Under the pieces are notes generated by a model, which was not told the DNA's origin, did not search any database, and saw only the letters and a list, made by a program, of their open reading frames with translations. A DNA stretch of 54,844 nucleotides from Gammaproteobacteria bacterium (GTDB taxonomy: Bacteria > Pseudomonadota > Gammaproteobacteria > Pseudomonadales > Pseudohongiellaceae). The stretch lies in assembly GCA_041685555.1 (NCBI GenBank), contig JAWLFN010000001.1, positions 1-54,844 on the forward strand. Reading direction: 5' to 3'. A program made the translations under genes and the position numbers. Shown one piece after another: positions 10,569 through 21,070 of this stretch; the first letter of the stretch is position 1, and every line of letters starts with the position of its first letter.

Positions 10569-11553
10569 GTTCGCACTGATACGTCGTTATTTTGAGCGGC
10601 GTGAACTGGTAGAGCCGGCACCGGACGGGCTGGTGGCGGGAATCGGCGATGACTGTGCGCTGCTGTCGGTGAGTCCGGCGGATGAACTGGCTTTTTCCAT
10701 GGACCTGCTGGTGGATGGTGTGCATTTCCCCCGGGACTGTGATCCGCGATGGCTGGGGCAGCGGGCTCTGCGGGTGAATCTTAGCGACCTTGCGGCGATG
10801 GGAGCCGAGCCGCTCTGTTTCACATTGGGGCTGGCGCTGCCGCGGGCCGATGAGTCCTGGCTGGATGCTTTCAGTCAGGGGCTGGCCGAGGTCGCGGTTG
10901 AAGGCGGTTGTGTCCTGGTTGGCGGTGATGTCACCCGTGGTCCGTTGACCCTGTGTGTCCAGGTGCATGGCACGGTTCCCGCGGGGCGGGCACTGCGCAG
11001 AGGCGGAGCCGTCGCGGGAGACGACGTGTACGTGACCGGAACGCTGGGCGATGCCGCGGCGGCATTGCCACTGCTTGGTGCGGGGCACGACGCCGATCAC
11101 GGACTGTCAGAGGCCACGGTGTCCGCGCTGCGCGAAGCCTACTACCGGCCGGCATTGCAGCTCACCGTCGGGAAGGCGTTGCGTGGTCTGGCCAGTGCCG
11201 CGATCGATCTGTCGGACGGGCTGGCCTCCGATCTGCAACATATACTGACGGCCAGCGGCGCTGGCGCCACCATCGAGCTCGACCGCCTGCCGTTGTCCCC
11301 GGCGTTCCTGGAGGCGGTGCAAGAAGAGGACCGCTGGCCCATGGCCATCGGCGGTGGGGATGACTACGGATTGTGTTTTACCGCATCGCAATCCTGCCGG
11401 CAGGAGTTGGAAATGGTATTGGGCACAGGGGTGGCCCGGCGTATCGGTCGTATCGATGCCGAGCCGGGTCTGCGATGGAAGGCTCCGGATGGCGCGCTGC
11501 GACAGATGAAAGGGCATGGATACCGGCATTTCAGCGGGAGCGAAGACGTATGA
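10555..11553 (+). CDS. thiL: Thiamine-monophosphate kinase
   Basis: 332 aa; GIGDDCALL and PurM-like fold motifs. Conserved nusB-thiL-pgpA order. Confidence 0.92.
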   Translation: MALDEFALIRRYFERRELVEPAPDGLVAGIGDDCALLSVSPADELAFSMDLLVDGVHFPRDCDPRWLGQRALRVNLSDLAAMGAEPLCFTLGLALPRADESWLDAFSQGLAEVAVEGGCVLVGGDVTRGPLTLCVQVHGTVPAGRALRRGGAVAGDDVYVTGTLGDAAAALPLLGAGHDADHGLSEATVSALREAYYRPALQLTVGKALRGLASAAIDLSDGLASDLQHILTASGAGATIELDRLPLSPAFLEAVQEEDRWPMAIGGGDDYGLCFTASQSCRQELEMVLGTGVARRIGRIDAEPGLRWKAPDGALRQMKGHGYRHFSGSEDV

Positions 11554-12023
11554 CTGCACCAGCCTCGGTCTGGCGAAACCCGATACACTTTCTCGCCTTC
11601 GGCCTGGGCAGTGGTGCCTCACCCTGGGCTCCGGGCACGGCGGGTACCCTGGCGGCCGCGGTGATCTGGTGGTTTCTGCCGTCGATGACACTGACGGTTT
11701 ACCTGCTGTTCCTGTGTCTGATCTGTGTGCTGGGCGTCTGGCTCTGTGGCCGTACGGCCCGCGATATCGGCGTTCATGACCATGGAGGAATCGTGTGGGA
11801 CGAGTTTGCCGGGCTCTGGATCACGCTGATCCTGCTGCCTCCGGGGATACTCTGGCTGGGTGCGGGAATTGTCCTGTTCCGGTTCTTCGATATCATCAAG
11901 CCCTGGCCCATTAGCTGGCTCGATCGACATGTCAGTGGCGGAATCGGCATCATGGTCGATGATGTGCTGGCCGGGTTGATGGCGTTGGCCTGCCTGCAAC
12001 TGGCCGCTCAAGTGATCGCATAG
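11550..12023 (+). CDS. pgpA: Phosphatidylglycerophosphatase A
   Basis: Start trimmed to the ATG at 11550 (ATGA overlap with the thiL stop). Motifs NPIHFLAFGLGSG and FRFFDIIKPWPI. Confidence 0.9.
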   Translation: MTAPASVWRNPIHFLAFGLGSGASPWAPGTAGTLAAAVIWWFLPSMTLTVYLLFLCLICVLGVWLCGRTARDIGVHDHGGIVWDEFAGLWITLILLPPGILWLGAGIVLFRFFDIIKPWPISWLDRHVSGGIGIMVDDVLAGLMALACLQLAAQVIA

Positions 12024-12038
12024 GAAAGAGGACAGTCA

Positions 12039-12635
12039 GTGAGAATACAGTTTGTCGCAACCGCGATTCTGCCCACCGAATGGGGTGACTTCGCCATTCA
12101 CGGTTTTGAAGATCTGGTGACGGGCAAGGAACACATCGCGCTGACCATGGGGGACGTCTCGGGAGACGAGCCCGTGCTGGCCCGGGTCCATTCGGAGTGC
12201 CTCACGGGGGATGCGCTGTTCAGTCTGCGCTGCGACTGCGGCCCGCAGCTGCAGTTTGCCCTGCAGCGGATTGCCGCCGAGGGTCGGGGCATAGTGTTGT
12301 ACCTGCGCCAGGAAGGTCGTGGTATCGGTCTGCTTAACAAGATCAGGGCCTACTCGCTGCAGGACCGGGGCGCCGATACCGTTGAAGCGAACGAGCAGCT
12401 GGGCTTCGCCGCGGATGGCAGGGAATACGAGATCTGCCAGCCTATACTGGACCACTTCGGTATCCGGAAGCTGCGTCTGATGACCAACAATCCGGACAAG
12501 GTGACGGCACTGGGGACGCTTGGTTATGAAATTGTCGAGCGTCTGCCCATTCACACCGGTCTGAATCGTCATAATGAAGGCTATCTGGCTGTCAAGGTGA
12601 GTAAGATGGGACATCTGGTACCCGAAAAGGAGTGA
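12039..12635 (+). CDS. ribA: GTP cyclohydrolase II
   Basis: 198 aa with an intact zinc site [19 protein letters not shown] (Cys54/65/67) and QEGRGIGL. Starts with GTG. Confidence 0.93.
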   Translation: MRIQFVATAILPTEWGDFAIHGFEDLVTGKEHIALTMGDVSGDEPVLARVHSECLTGDALFSLRCDCGPQLQFALQRIAAEGRGIVLYLRQEGRGIGLLNKIRAYSLQDRGADTVEANEQLGFAADGREYEICQPILDHFGIRKLRLMTNNPDKVTALGTLGYEIVERLPIHTGLNRHNEGYLAVKVSKMGHLVPEKE

Positions 12636-12657
12636 GGCGGGAACGGAGTCTTCGCGG

Positions 12658-12993
12658 TCAGTCCATGCACTCAATGCAGCGTGTGGTGGTCGGGTCGATT
12701 TCGAGGCGACGTCGATCGATTTCGTCCTCACACAGCGCGCAATGGCCGAACTCGTCGTTGTCGATACGCCTCAGAGCGCCTTCGATGCGTTGCAGCTGTT
12801 GCTGTCTGCGTCGGGCAGTTTCCTGGGCCATCTGCTGGGCTTGCAGTGCGTCCATCCTGGACAGCCTGCCGATACTCGGTTGGTCCAGCTCCACCGGCCG
12901 TTGACTGTCCTGGTCGGCCGCTTCCATGGAGACGATTTCATCTCGCCAAGCGAGCAGTCGTTGTCTGAATCTGTCGAGTTGCTGATTGCTCAT
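12658..12993 (-). CDS. TraR/DksA-family C4 zinc-finger protein
   Basis: 111 aa. Coiled-coil N-terminus and C-terminal CALC-N17-CIEC. The start overlaps the btuF-like stop (ATGA). Confidence 0.85.
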   Translation of the reverse strand: MSNQQLDRFRQRLLAWRDEIVSMEAADQDSQRPVELDQPSIGRLSRMDALQAQQMAQETARRRQQQLQRIEGALRRIDNDEFGHCALCEDEIDRRRLEIDPTTTRCIECMD

Positions 12994-13937
12994 GGTGTTG
13001 GAGCCCTTCTGTTTCGAGACCGGTCAATCAGCGTGCAGAGCCGCTCGGCCCCCTGCAGGGCCCGCAGGCTGTGCCGCTGGATGATGTCCGGCTCAATATG
13101 GTAAACATGCCCTCTTTGAATGGCCGGCAGCCGCGTCCACTGCTGCCATTCATCCAGCCATGAAGGGCGTTCACCGTCCACGCCACTGCCCACGATAACT
13201 TCCGGTTGACGTTGCAGCACCGCTTCCACGCTGACCTTCGGGCCTACTGGCAGATCACCAAACACATTGTGTCCCCCACACAGATCGATGATGTCATCAA
13301 TCAGTTCTCCTCCACCGGCAGTGATCAGCGGGCTGTTCCATACCTGGTAGAATACCCGGACCGGCTTCATGTCTGCATGACTTTGGGCCAGGCTGGCGAG
13401 GCGTTCGCGGAAGTCGGCGGCGACCCTTTTGCCCTGCTCTTCCAGGCCGGTCAGGGTGGCGAGGTTCTCCAGCTGATGGGCTATGTCATCGAGTGATTCC
13501 GGTTCCGCGACATAGACGGGAATACCCATTGATTCGAGCCGCCGCAAGGCGGCGTCAGGGTTGCCACTCTGCCAGGCGATCACCAGATCCGGCCGCAAGG
13601 CGACAATCCGCTCCATGTCCAGGCCATTGTACTGACCGACAACCGGAATATCGGTCGCTTCCGGGGGGTAGTTGCTGTGTGCCATGACGCCGACAATCCG
13701 CTCGCCCGCGCCAATACTGAACAGCAGTTCGGTCATGGACGGCGCCAGGCTGATGATCCGCCCGGCGGGGGTTTCCAGGGTGATACGGGCGCCCCGGTCA
13801 TCGGTAACGGTGGATTCGGCGAACGATGGTGGTGAAAATGCAGCCAGTACGCTGAAGATCAGCCCCGCCATTCCTGACCGGTGGCGCGACTCAATAATCG
13901 ATGCCTTTCTGGACACGAATCCCGTTGTTGAATGCAT
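12990..13937 (-). CDS. btuF: Periplasmic cobalamin-binding protein (BtuF-like, class 8 ABC substrate-binding protein)
   Basis: Signal peptide ending PPSFA-ES and the motif ISLAPSMTELLFSIGAGERIVGV. The start is uncertain (13958, 13937, 13916 or 13871 are all possible). Confidence 0.8.
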   Translation of the reverse strand: MHSTTGFVSRKASIIESRHRSGMAGLIFSVLAAFSPPSFAESTVTDDRGARITLETPAGRIISLAPSMTELLFSIGAGERIVGVMAHSNYPPEATDIPVVGQYNGLDMERIVALRPDLVIAWQSGNPDAALRRLESMGIPVYVAEPESLDDIAHQLENLATLTGLEEQGKRVAADFRERLASLAQSHADMKPVRVFYQVWNSPLITAGGGELIDDIIDLCGGHNVFGDLPVGPKVSVEAVLQRQPEVIVGSGVDGERPSWLDEWQQWTRLPAIQRGHVYHIEPDIIQRHSLRALQGAERLCTLIDRSRNRRAPTP

Positions 13938-14490
13938 GCTTGATGTCCTTGACTTCACTGACGGTGTCGGCCAGATCCAGTAGCGCCTGATTGGCGTTGC
14001 GGCCCGTGACGATCACGTGCTGTCCTTCGGGTCGGTCCCGCATGGCCGCCAGTACGCGTTCACGGTCCAGGTAGCCGTAGGTCAGCATGTAGGTCAGTTC
14101 GTCGAGCAATACCAGCTGGCAGGACGGATCGGACAGCAGGACTTCGGCGTTGGCCCATGTCTTTTCCGCGGCGGCGATGTCCGATTCACGGTCCTGGGTG
14201 TCCCAGGTGAAGCCGGTGCTCATGACATGGAATTCCACCAGGGGATGATCGCGGAACAGCAGATGTTCGCCGCATTCCCACTGTCCCTTGATGAACTGGA
14301 CCACGCCGCATTGCATGCCATGACCGACGCTGCGCGCCAACATGCCGAACGCGGATGAGCTCTTGCCCTTGCCGTTTCCGGTCAGAACAACGACGAGTCC
14401 CTTGTCGACGGTGGCTGCCGCGATCCGGGCATCGATATGGGCCTTCTTGCGTTTCATGGCTTCGCGGTGGCGGGTGTTGCGATCGTTCAT
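13891..14490 (-). CDS. cobO: Cob(I)yrinic acid a,c-diamide adenosyltransferase
   Basis: 199 aa; P-loop GNGKGKSS and the CobA/CobO/BtuR motif VVQFIKG. Confidence 0.92.
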   Translation of the reverse strand: MNDRNTRHREAMKRKKAHIDARIAAATVDKGLVVVLTGNGKGKSSSAFGMLARSVGHGMQCGVVQFIKGQWECGEHLLFRDHPLVEFHVMSTGFTWDTQDRESDIAAAEKTWANAEVLLSDPSCQLVLLDELTYMLTYGYLDRERVLAAMRDRPEGQHVIVTGRNANQALLDLADTVSEVKDIKHAFNNGIRVQKGIDY

Positions 14491-14505
14491 CGGTGATTCC
14501 TGTAG

Positions 14506-16419
14506 TCAGACGGCGCGGGACCGGGTGTCGCTCCGGTCCAGGCGGTCGCGGATGGCGGCAGTGATACCGGTTGCGTCGAGGCCGACGGAGGCCCGCATAT
14601 CGGCGGGTTTACCGTGCTCGACGAATCGGTCCGGAAGGCCCAGATTGAGAACGGGAACGAGACAGTTGTCAGCCATCAGGCACTCGTTGACGGCCGAGCC
14701 GGCGCCTCCGGCCACGGCATTCTCCTCGATTGTGACCAGCAGTTCATGTTGCTCGGCCAGCTCGCGAATCAGCTCTGTGTCCAGGGGCTTGACGAAGCGC
14801 ATGTCGGCGACGCTGCAATCGAGTTGTTCGGCGGCTTCAAGTGCCGGGTGTACCATGCTGCCGAAGCCGAGGATGGCGATGCCTTTGCCCTTGCGCCGGA
14901 TCACTCCCTTGCCGACAGGCAGTGCTTCCAAGTGTTCGGTCAGTGCGGTGCCCGGCCCTTTCCCTCGAGGATAGCGCACGGCAGCCGGGCCTCTGTGCTG
15001 GTATCCGGTAAACAGCAGCTGTCTGGTCTCATTCTCGTCGCTGGGTGCCATGATCACCAGATTGGGGATGCAACGCATGAAGGTGAGGTCGTAACTGCCC
15101 GCATGCGTGGGACCGTCCTCACCGACCAGGCCGGCCCGGTCAATGGCGAACAGTACGTCCAGGTTCTGTAGAGCCACGTCATGAATGAACTGGTCGTAGG
15201 CGCGTTGCAGGAATGTAGAGTAGATGGCCACCACTGGTTTCATGCCCTCGCAGGCGAGTCCGGCGGCGAAGGTCACGGCATGCTGCTCCGCAATGGCTAC
15301 GTCATGGAAACGGTCGGGAAAGCGTTCCGCGAATGTGTCCATGCCCGAGCCGGTGCTCATGGCCGGGGTGATGCCGACGATGTGCGGGTCCCTCTCTGCC
15401 ATATCGCACAGCCATTGACCGAAAATGGCGGAATAGGACGGATTCTTCGGTGGCGGCGGGGTTGATGCCGGCTTTTTGTTGCCCGGTTCAATCTTGGTCA
15501 GGGCATGCATGCCGAACGGGTCTTCCTCAGCCGGCTTGTACCCCTTTCCCTTGCGGGTGACGATGTGCAATAGCTGCGGGCCGCGGAGCGTTCTGATGTT
15601 CTCCAACAGATCGATGAGCTCCTCGGTATCGTGACCGTCGACCAGGCCGATGTAGTTGAACCCGATTTCCTCGAACAGGGTTCCCGGCGACACCATGCCC
15701 TTCATGTACTCTTCGGCCCGATGCGCGGCTTTCAGGGCGGGAGGGATATGGGACAACATGCGCTTGCTGCCGCTGCGCAGAAAATTGTAGGGCTTGCTGG
15801 CCCAGATTCTGGCGAAGTAGCTGGACAGCCCTCCCACGTTTCGCGAGATGGACATGTTGTTGTCATTGAGGATGACCAGCAGGTTGTCATCGATATGACC
15901 GGCATGATTCAGTGCCTCGAAAGCCATACCCGCCGTGATGGCGCCGTCTCCGATCACGGCAATACTGTGCCGGTGCGTTTCCTGCTGGCGGGCGGCGACC
16001 ATCATGCCCAGAGCGGCGCTGATTGAAGTGCTGGAGTGACCCACGCCGAAACAGTCATACGGACTCTCGAAGCGGCTCGGGAAGGCAGCCAGGCCGTCGG
16101 CCTGGCGCATGGTTAGCAGCCGTTCGCGGCGCCCGGTGAGTATCTTGTGTGGATAGCTCTGGTGGCCGACGTCCCAGACCAGACGGTCCTCGGGTGTGTC
16201 AAATACGTAGTGCAGAGCGATAGTCAATTCGACAACGCCCAGGCCGGCACCAAAATGGCCGCCGGTCTGACCCACGGAATACAGCAGAAAGCGTCGCAGT
16301 TCCTCGGCGAGGGTGTCCAGCTGGTCCCGCTCGAGGTTTTTCAGATCAGCGGGGCTGTCGATCTGATCCAGCAGAGGCGTCTCGGGTCGTGTCAGTGGTA
16401 TCTCTTCCAGCATCTTCAA
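14506..16419 (-). CDS. dxs: 1-deoxy-D-xylulose-5-phosphate synthase
   Basis: 637 aa; TPP motif [15 protein letters not shown]. Conserved xseB-ispA-dxs order. Confidence 0.97.
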   Translation of the reverse strand: MKMLEEIPLTRPETPLLDQIDSPADLKNLERDQLDTLAEELRRFLLYSVGQTGGHFGAGLGVVELTIALHYVFDTPEDRLVWDVGHQSYPHKILTGRRERLLTMRQADGLAAFPSRFESPYDCFGVGHSSTSISAALGMMVAARQQETHRHSIAVIGDGAITAGMAFEALNHAGHIDDNLLVILNDNNMSISRNVGGLSSYFARIWASKPYNFLRSGSKRMLSHIPPALKAAHRAEEYMKGMVSPGTLFEEIGFNYIGLVDGHDTEELIDLLENIRTLRGPQLLHIVTRKGKGYKPAEEDPFGMHALTKIEPGNKKPASTPPPPKNPSYSAIFGQWLCDMAERDPHIVGITPAMSTGSGMDTFAERFPDRFHDVAIAEQHAVTFAAGLACEGMKPVVAIYSTFLQRAYDQFIHDVALQNLDVLFAIDRAGLVGEDGPTHAGSYDLTFMRCIPNLVIMAPSDENETRQLLFTGYQHRGPAAVRYPRGKGPGTALTEHLEALPVGKGVIRRKGKGIAILGFGSMVHPALEAAEQLDCSVADMRFVKPLDTELIRELAEQHELLVTIEENAVAGGAGSAVNECLMADNCLVPVLNLGLPDRFVEHGKPADMRASVGLDATGITAAIRDRLDRSDTRSRAV

Positions 16420-16507
16420 TCTCGTGGCTGGCCAGGATGGCCTCCCCCGGAGGCAGAGCGCCGGGCCAGTAGGTAATCATGTACCGTATTGTACCAGCTA
16501 GACCACG

Positions 16508-17410
16508 TCAATGGACCCGGTGGGTGATATACCGGGCGATCTGGCGAAGTCGCTCCGCGCGGCCATCGAATATCTCCAGCGTCTCCATGGCGTGGGAGGT
16601 CAGCTCCAGGGCCTTGTCTCGAGCGCCATCCAGGCCCAGCAGGCTGGTATAGGTGGGTTTGTCCCTGGCCGCGTCGGCGCCACCAGTCTTGCCGAGGGTG
16701 GCAGTGTCTCCGGTCACGTCCAGAATGTCGTCCTGGACCTGGAACGCCAGTCCGATGGATTGTGCGTATCGATGGAGCGCTTCGGTTTCCGGCCCTTGCG
16801 ACAGGCCGACGCTCAGGGCCCCGAGCATGACGCTGGCCTCGATCAGGGCTCCCGTTTTCAGCCGATGCATGAGTTGCAGTTGCTCCAGGTCGAAGTCGGA
16901 GTGCTGCTGTTCCGCGCCGATATCCAGACTCTGTCCTCCGACCATGCCCCCGGGACCGCTGGCGCGGGCCAGTACATGCAGCATACGCAGGCGCTGCTCC
17001 GGTTGATCAGTATCCTCGCTGAGTACCTGGAACGCCAGGCTCTGCAGTGCGTCACCGGACAGAATCGCCGTGGCCTCGCCGAAGACACGGTGGACAGTGG
17101 GTTGTCCCCGACGCAGGTCATCGTCATCCATGGCCGGCAGGTCGTCATGGACCAGTGAGTAGCAATGGATCAGTTCGACCGCGCAGGCCGCTGCATCCGT
17201 CAGTGTTCCTGCATCGCCCGCCAGTCGGGCGCTGGCATATACCAGCGCCGGCCGCAGTCGCTTCCCGCCCTGCAGTGTGGCGTGGGCCATGGCCCGATGT
17301 AATTCCGGGGAATGCGCCCGCAGTCCCTGCAGTTGTTCCTGCAGTACCGTCAGGCACCGCTCCCGGCAGGCCTGGAGGAATACGTCCAGGTCCGTGTCGT
17401 CATTGCTCAT
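16508..17410 (-). CDS. ispA: Farnesyl diphosphate synthase
   Basis: Asp-rich motifs [17 protein letters not shown] and FQVQDDILD. Start candidates are 17410, 17413 and 17428. Confidence 0.93.
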   Translation of the reverse strand: MSNDDTDLDVFLQACRERCLTVLQEQLQGLRAHSPELHRAMAHATLQGGKRLRPALVYASARLAGDAGTLTDAAACAVELIHCYSLVHDDLPAMDDDDLRRGQPTVHRVFGEATAILSGDALQSLAFQVLSEDTDQPEQRLRMLHVLARASGPGGMVGGQSLDIGAEQQHSDFDLEQLQLMHRLKTGALIEASVMLGALSVGLSQGPETEALHRYAQSIGLAFQVQDDILDVTGDTATLGKTGGADAARDKPTYTSLLGLDGARDKALELTSHAMETLEIFDGRAERLRQIARYITHRVH

Positions 17411-17648
17411 CATCACGCGGGGTATCATCTTCGCCGAGCAGGTACTGTACCTTCTGCTCGGCTTCTTGCAGGGCTTTCTGACACTCGCGGGTCAGACGGA
17501 TGCCTTTCTCGAACGCTTCCAGCGACTGCTCCAGACTGAGTTCGCCATCCTCCATGGACTGCACGAGGGACTCCAGTTGTTCGAGTGACGCCTCGAAGTC
17601 CGGCGCCTCACTGTCCCGTCGTCCCTCTTCGTTGTCAGTACCTGTCAT
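17400..17648 (-). CDS. xseB: Exodeoxyribonuclease VII small subunit
   Basis: Trimmed to the ATG at 17648 (82 aa). Contains [35 protein letters not shown]. Confidence 0.92.
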   Translation of the reverse strand: MTGTDNEEGRRDSEAPDFEASLEQLESLVQSMEDGELSLEQSLEAFEKGIRLTRECQKALQEAEQKVQYLLGEDDTPRDDEQ

Positions 17649-17805
17649 CCCGACCTCCTCTGCCTTTCCGGGCTGCGAATTATCGGATGTCCGGCGGTCA
17701 ATAGCAACGCGTCGAAGCGCTGTCAAAACCCTGTCACGCGAACGTGGCAGATTAATGCAGTATTCCGGTGCGGTCAGTGCCCCGGGCGGGGCCGGAGGTA
17801 AGGTG

Positions 17806-18942
17806 GTGAGCAGGATACTGTATGGCGTTTCCGGCGAGGGAGCCGGTCATTCCTCCCGGGCGCGGGAGATGGTTCCGCATCTGTTGTCGCGCGGCCATGA
17901 TGTCCGGTTGGTCAGCTATGATCGGGGCCTTCGCGTGCTGGAGCCGTTGTTCGGCTGCACGGCGATTGCCGGGCTGCACATCGTGTCGCGAGACAATCGC
18001 GTCCGGCCCTGGCGGACGCTGGGTGCCAATCTTGTCCATGCCGGAGCCCTGCTGGACTCCGTGCGCCGCGTACACGCCATCATCCGCTCATTCCAGCCTG
18101 ATGTCGTCATCACCGACTTCGAGCCGGTTACGGCGTGGCTGGCCAGGCTGCATGGCATTCCGTTGGTCAGTCTGGATAATCAGCATCGAATGCGCTACAT
18201 GGACTTCGAGACACCCGTCGGCATGGCATCGGAGCGCAGAATGGCGCAGTGGATTGTGCGCTTCCTGGTGCCGTCGCCGGATGTCGCGCTGGCCACCACC
18301 TATTTCCACGGCGCGATCCGCAATCGGCGTACCTTCCTGTTTCCCCCGATACTCCGGGGCGCCGTGCGCCGGACCATTGCGGTCGAGGGCGACCACCACC
18401 TGGTCTATCTCACCAATCATTACGATGGTCTGCTCGATGTGCTCCGAGGCATGCCGGAACACCAGTTCACCGTCTATGGTTGCGACCGGCAGGGCACGGA
18501 TGGCAATCTGCGATTCCGGCCCTTCAGCGATGGGGATTTTCTGGACGACCTGGCCGCGGCGCGATCAGTGATCGGGACTGCCGGTTTTACGCTGATCAGC
18601 GAGGCTCTGTACCTGGGCAAGCCGTATCTGGCGTTTCCGATGCAGGGGCAGTTTGAACAGCAACTGAACGCCCAGTTCCTGGCCCGGCAGGGGTATGGCG
18701 TGAATGCCACGCAAGGCAGCGAGGCCGTGGTGCGCGGATTTCTGGCATGCCTGCCGCAATTCCGCCGAGCGCTGGCGCGGAGTGCGCGACAGGGAGCCGG
18801 CGCGGCCAGCGCGGACAATTGCGAAATCCGGGAGTTTCTGGACCGGTTGCTTTCGGACGATTGTCGTCTGGTCCGACAGTTCAGAGACAGTCGCCGTAAA
18901 GGATCCGCTGTGACCGCCCCGGTTTCGGTGACCGCCGATTGA
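17806..18942 (+). CDS. GT-B fold glycosyltransferase (GT28/MurG-like, TIGR00661-type); acceptor unknown
   Basis: [12 protein letters not shown] glycine-rich N-terminal loop. I prefer the GTG at 17806 because GGAGG lies 7 nt upstream; ATG 17755 is an alternative. Confidence 0.75.
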   Translation: MSRILYGVSGEGAGHSSRAREMVPHLLSRGHDVRLVSYDRGLRVLEPLFGCTAIAGLHIVSRDNRVRPWRTLGANLVHAGALLDSVRRVHAIIRSFQPDVVITDFEPVTAWLARLHGIPLVSLDNQHRMRYMDFETPVGMASERRMAQWIVRFLVPSPDVALATTYFHGAIRNRRTFLFPPILRGAVRRTIAVEGDHHLVYLTNHYDGLLDVLRGMPEHQFTVYGCDRQGTDGNLRFRPFSDGDFLDDLAAARSVIGTAGFTLISEALYLGKPYLAFPMQGQFEQQLNAQFLARQGYGVNATQGSEAVVRGFLACLPQFRRALARSARQGAGAASADNCEIREFLDRLLSDDCRLVRQFRDSRRKGSAVTAPVSVTAD

Positions 18943-18992
18943 CCGATCTGAGAGGCCCGAGTATGCTCGCTCAAATTGTCAAGGAGAGTGGT

Positions 18993-19385
18993 ATGGAATG
19001 GGTGGCCATCGTTGTGGTGCTGGCGTTGTTGCAATACATGGTTTTCGGTGCTCTCGTCGGGCGTGCGCGCGGCAAGTATGACGTGGCGGCGCCTGCGGTC
19101 AGCGGACATCCCGTGTTCGAGCGATATTACCGGGTTCATCAGAACACCCTGGAAAGCCTGATGCTGTTCCTGCCGGGCTTGCTGGTTTTCGCCACCTACG
19201 CCAGTGCGACGGTGGGTGCCGCCATCGGCCTGGTTTATCTGCTCGGACGCCAGCTCTACCTTCGTGCCTACGTGAAGGACCCGGCCAGTCGGGGGCTGGG
19301 ATTTCTGTTGACGGTACTGCCCTCGCTGGTATTGATGATCGGTGGTGCGGTGGCTGCCGCTCTGGTGGCCGCCGGATTGCGATAG
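18993..19385 (+). CDS. MAPEG-family membrane protein (membrane glutathione S-transferase-like)
   Basis: 130 aa and multi-pass. Contains HQNTLESLMLFLP and YLLGRQLYLRAY. AGGAG lies upstream of ATG 18993. Confidence 0.8.
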   Translation: MEWVAIVVVLALLQYMVFGALVGRARGKYDVAAPAVSGHPVFERYYRVHQNTLESLMLFLPGLLVFATYASATVGAAIGLVYLLGRQLYLRAYVKDPASRGLGFLLTVLPSLVLMIGGAVAAALVAAGLR

Positions 19386-20074
19386 TGTCACAGACCGGGG
19401 CTATGGATCCGCCGGTCACGATCCAGCCGATTGATATTCCGGTCGTCGACCGGATTGCGGAAGAACTGCGCGGCCAGGACTGGTGTGTAGTGTCCCGAGC
19501 GGTACCCGAAGCATTGCTGGAGCCGCTGCAGGCACGCGCGCTGGCATTGCATGACCTGGCCATGAGGCCGGCGGGGATCGGTCGGGAGACCGATCATGTG
19601 CTGGACCGGCAGGTGCGGCGTGATCGTATCCGCTGGATCAGCGGCGAAACGGAAATTGAACGGGCCTGGCTGGCCTGGGCCGAATCGCTCCGCCTGGCCT
19701 TGAATCGCCGGTTGCTGCTCGGTCTGTTTTCCTTTGAAAGCCATTTTGCCCATTACGGGCCCGGTGATTTCTATCGCCTGCACCTGGATGCCTTTCGTGA
19801 TCAACCTCTTGCAGCAGATTCCGGACGGATGGTCTCGATGGTGTTGTACCTGAATCGGGAGTGGGCTGATGATGATGGTGGTGAACTGCTGATTCATGAT
19901 CGGAATGCCACGCGGATAATCGCACGGGTCAAGCCGGAAGCCGGGACAGTGGTGGCCTTTCTCAGTGAAAGTGTGCCCCATGAAGTGTTGGCCGCGGCTC
20001 GTGATCGCTTCAGCATTGCCGGATGGTTCCGGATGAACGGCTCGACCGGAGCAGTGGTCGATCCGCCCTGTTAA
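19385..20074 (+). CDS. 2-oxoglutarate/Fe(II)-dependent oxygenase (prolyl-4-hydroxylase-like)
   Basis: HxD...H facial triad (HLDAF ... PHEV) and RFSIAGWF. The start is GTG 19385 (overlapping the MAPEG stop) or ATG 19403. Confidence 0.8.
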   Translation: MSQTGAMDPPVTIQPIDIPVVDRIAEELRGQDWCVVSRAVPEALLEPLQARALALHDLAMRPAGIGRETDHVLDRQVRRDRIRWISGETEIERAWLAWAESLRLALNRRLLLGLFSFESHFAHYGPGDFYRLHLDAFRDQPLAADSGRMVSMVLYLNREWADDDGGELLIHDRNATRIIARVKPEAGTVVAFLSESVPHEVLAAARDRFSIAGWFRMNGSTGAVVDPPC

Positions 20075-20095
20075 AGCTGCCTGATTCTCCCTGCC

Positions 20096-20125
20096 TTGAC
20101 AGCTTTTAGGCATAATGTTTATATC
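20096..20125 (+). promoter_or_regulatory. Putative sigma70 promoter for the lipoprotein gene
   Basis: TTGACA (20096-20101), then an 18-nt spacer, then TATATC. Lies in an AT-rich gap 28 nt upstream of ATG 20153. Confidence 0.4.
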
Positions 20126-20152
20126 AGCCGATCTATGGGGAGGATGATAACA

Positions 20153-21070
20153 ATGCCAAGAATTACAGGAAAACTCACTCTGCTCGCCACTGCGGTGTCG
20201 GCCACTCTGTTCGCCTGCTCACCGCAGGATTCCGTCGACGGCGTGCTGCATCAGACAGTTTCGGCCCAGGCCGGACAGGCATCCGACTCGATTCCTCGGA
20301 CGCCGGATGGCAAACCCGATTTCAATGGCATCTGGCAGGCCATGGCCAATGCCAATAACAGCGTGGAGCCCGCGCCTCCGAAGGCAGCCCATGCACTGGT
20401 TCCCGGTGACTTCGTTCCCGTTCCGGCTCCGGAAGTGGTTGCCATGGGGGCGGTGGGCGCCGTTCCCGCCAGTCAGGGCGTTGTGGTCGGCGGCGAGATT
20501 CCCTACAAGGAGGGGGCGCGAGAACGTCAGATCGAGAATCAGGAGAACTGGCTCAGCCGTGATCCGGAAATCAAATGTTATATGCCGGGCGTCCCGCGGG
20601 CGACGTACATGCCGCATCCTTTCCAGATTTTCCAGAGTGACAGCGCGTTCTTCATCGCTTACTCATTCGCCGGTGCCGTTCGCAATGTCTATCTGGAGGA
20701 CCCCGGACCCGCGCCAATCGATTCCTGGATGGGACAGTCCCACGGGTACTGGGAGGGCGATACCTTCGTGGTGGAGGTCACCGGTCTCAATGACCAGACC
20801 TGGTATGATCGGGCTGGAAACTACCGCACTGCCAATTCCACGGTGACCGAGCGCTACACGCTGGCGAGCGAGAACGTGATCGAGTATGAGGCCACGATCG
20901 AGGATCCGGAGATCTATGAAGAGCCCTGGACCCTGCGGCTGCCGTTGTATCGACGACTTGAAGAGAACTTCGAATTGCCACAGTTCAAGTGCGTCGAGTT
21001 TGTGGAGGAGCTGATGTATGGCAGTTTCCGCAAGGGCGAGCCGATCGAGGATATGGGATTGCCGTTCTGA
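20153..21070 (+). CDS. Exported lipoprotein of unknown function (paralog A of 23985..24971)
   Basis: Lipobox LFAC-S and a GGGGAGG ribosome-binding site. Shares the motifs PRT..[KR]PDF.G.W, WEGDT.VVE, ER.T and I.YE.T..DP..YE.PW with the paralog. Confidence 0.85.
   Translation: MPRITGKLTLLATAVSATLFACSPQDSVDGVLHQTVSAQAGQASDSIPRTPDGKPDFNGIWQAMANANNSVEPAPPKAAHALVPGDFVPVPAPEVVAMGAVGAVPASQGVVVGGEIPYKEGARERQIENQENWLSRDPEIKCYMPGVPRATYMPHPFQIFQSDSAFFIAYSFAGAVRNVYLEDPGPAPIDSWMGQSHGYWEGDTFVVEVTGLNDQTWYDRAGNYRTANSTVTERYTLASENVIEYEATIEDPEIYEEPWTLRLPLYRRLEENFELPQFKCVEFVEELMYGSFRKGEPIEDMGLPF

Noticed and set aside
14491-14505. Cobalamin riboswitch upstream of cobO/btuF, or upstream of the HupE-like operon (23857-23984).
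   Set aside because: Only 15 nt separate dxs and cobO, so there is no room for one. In the 128-nt region upstream of the HupE operon I could not find a B12-box-like element or the required length.
20108-20128. Possible Zur box (ATAATGTTTATATCAG) upstream of lipoprotein A.
   Set aside because: It lacks the palindromic TGTTATA-N-TATAACA core. The resemblance is limited to AATGTT.
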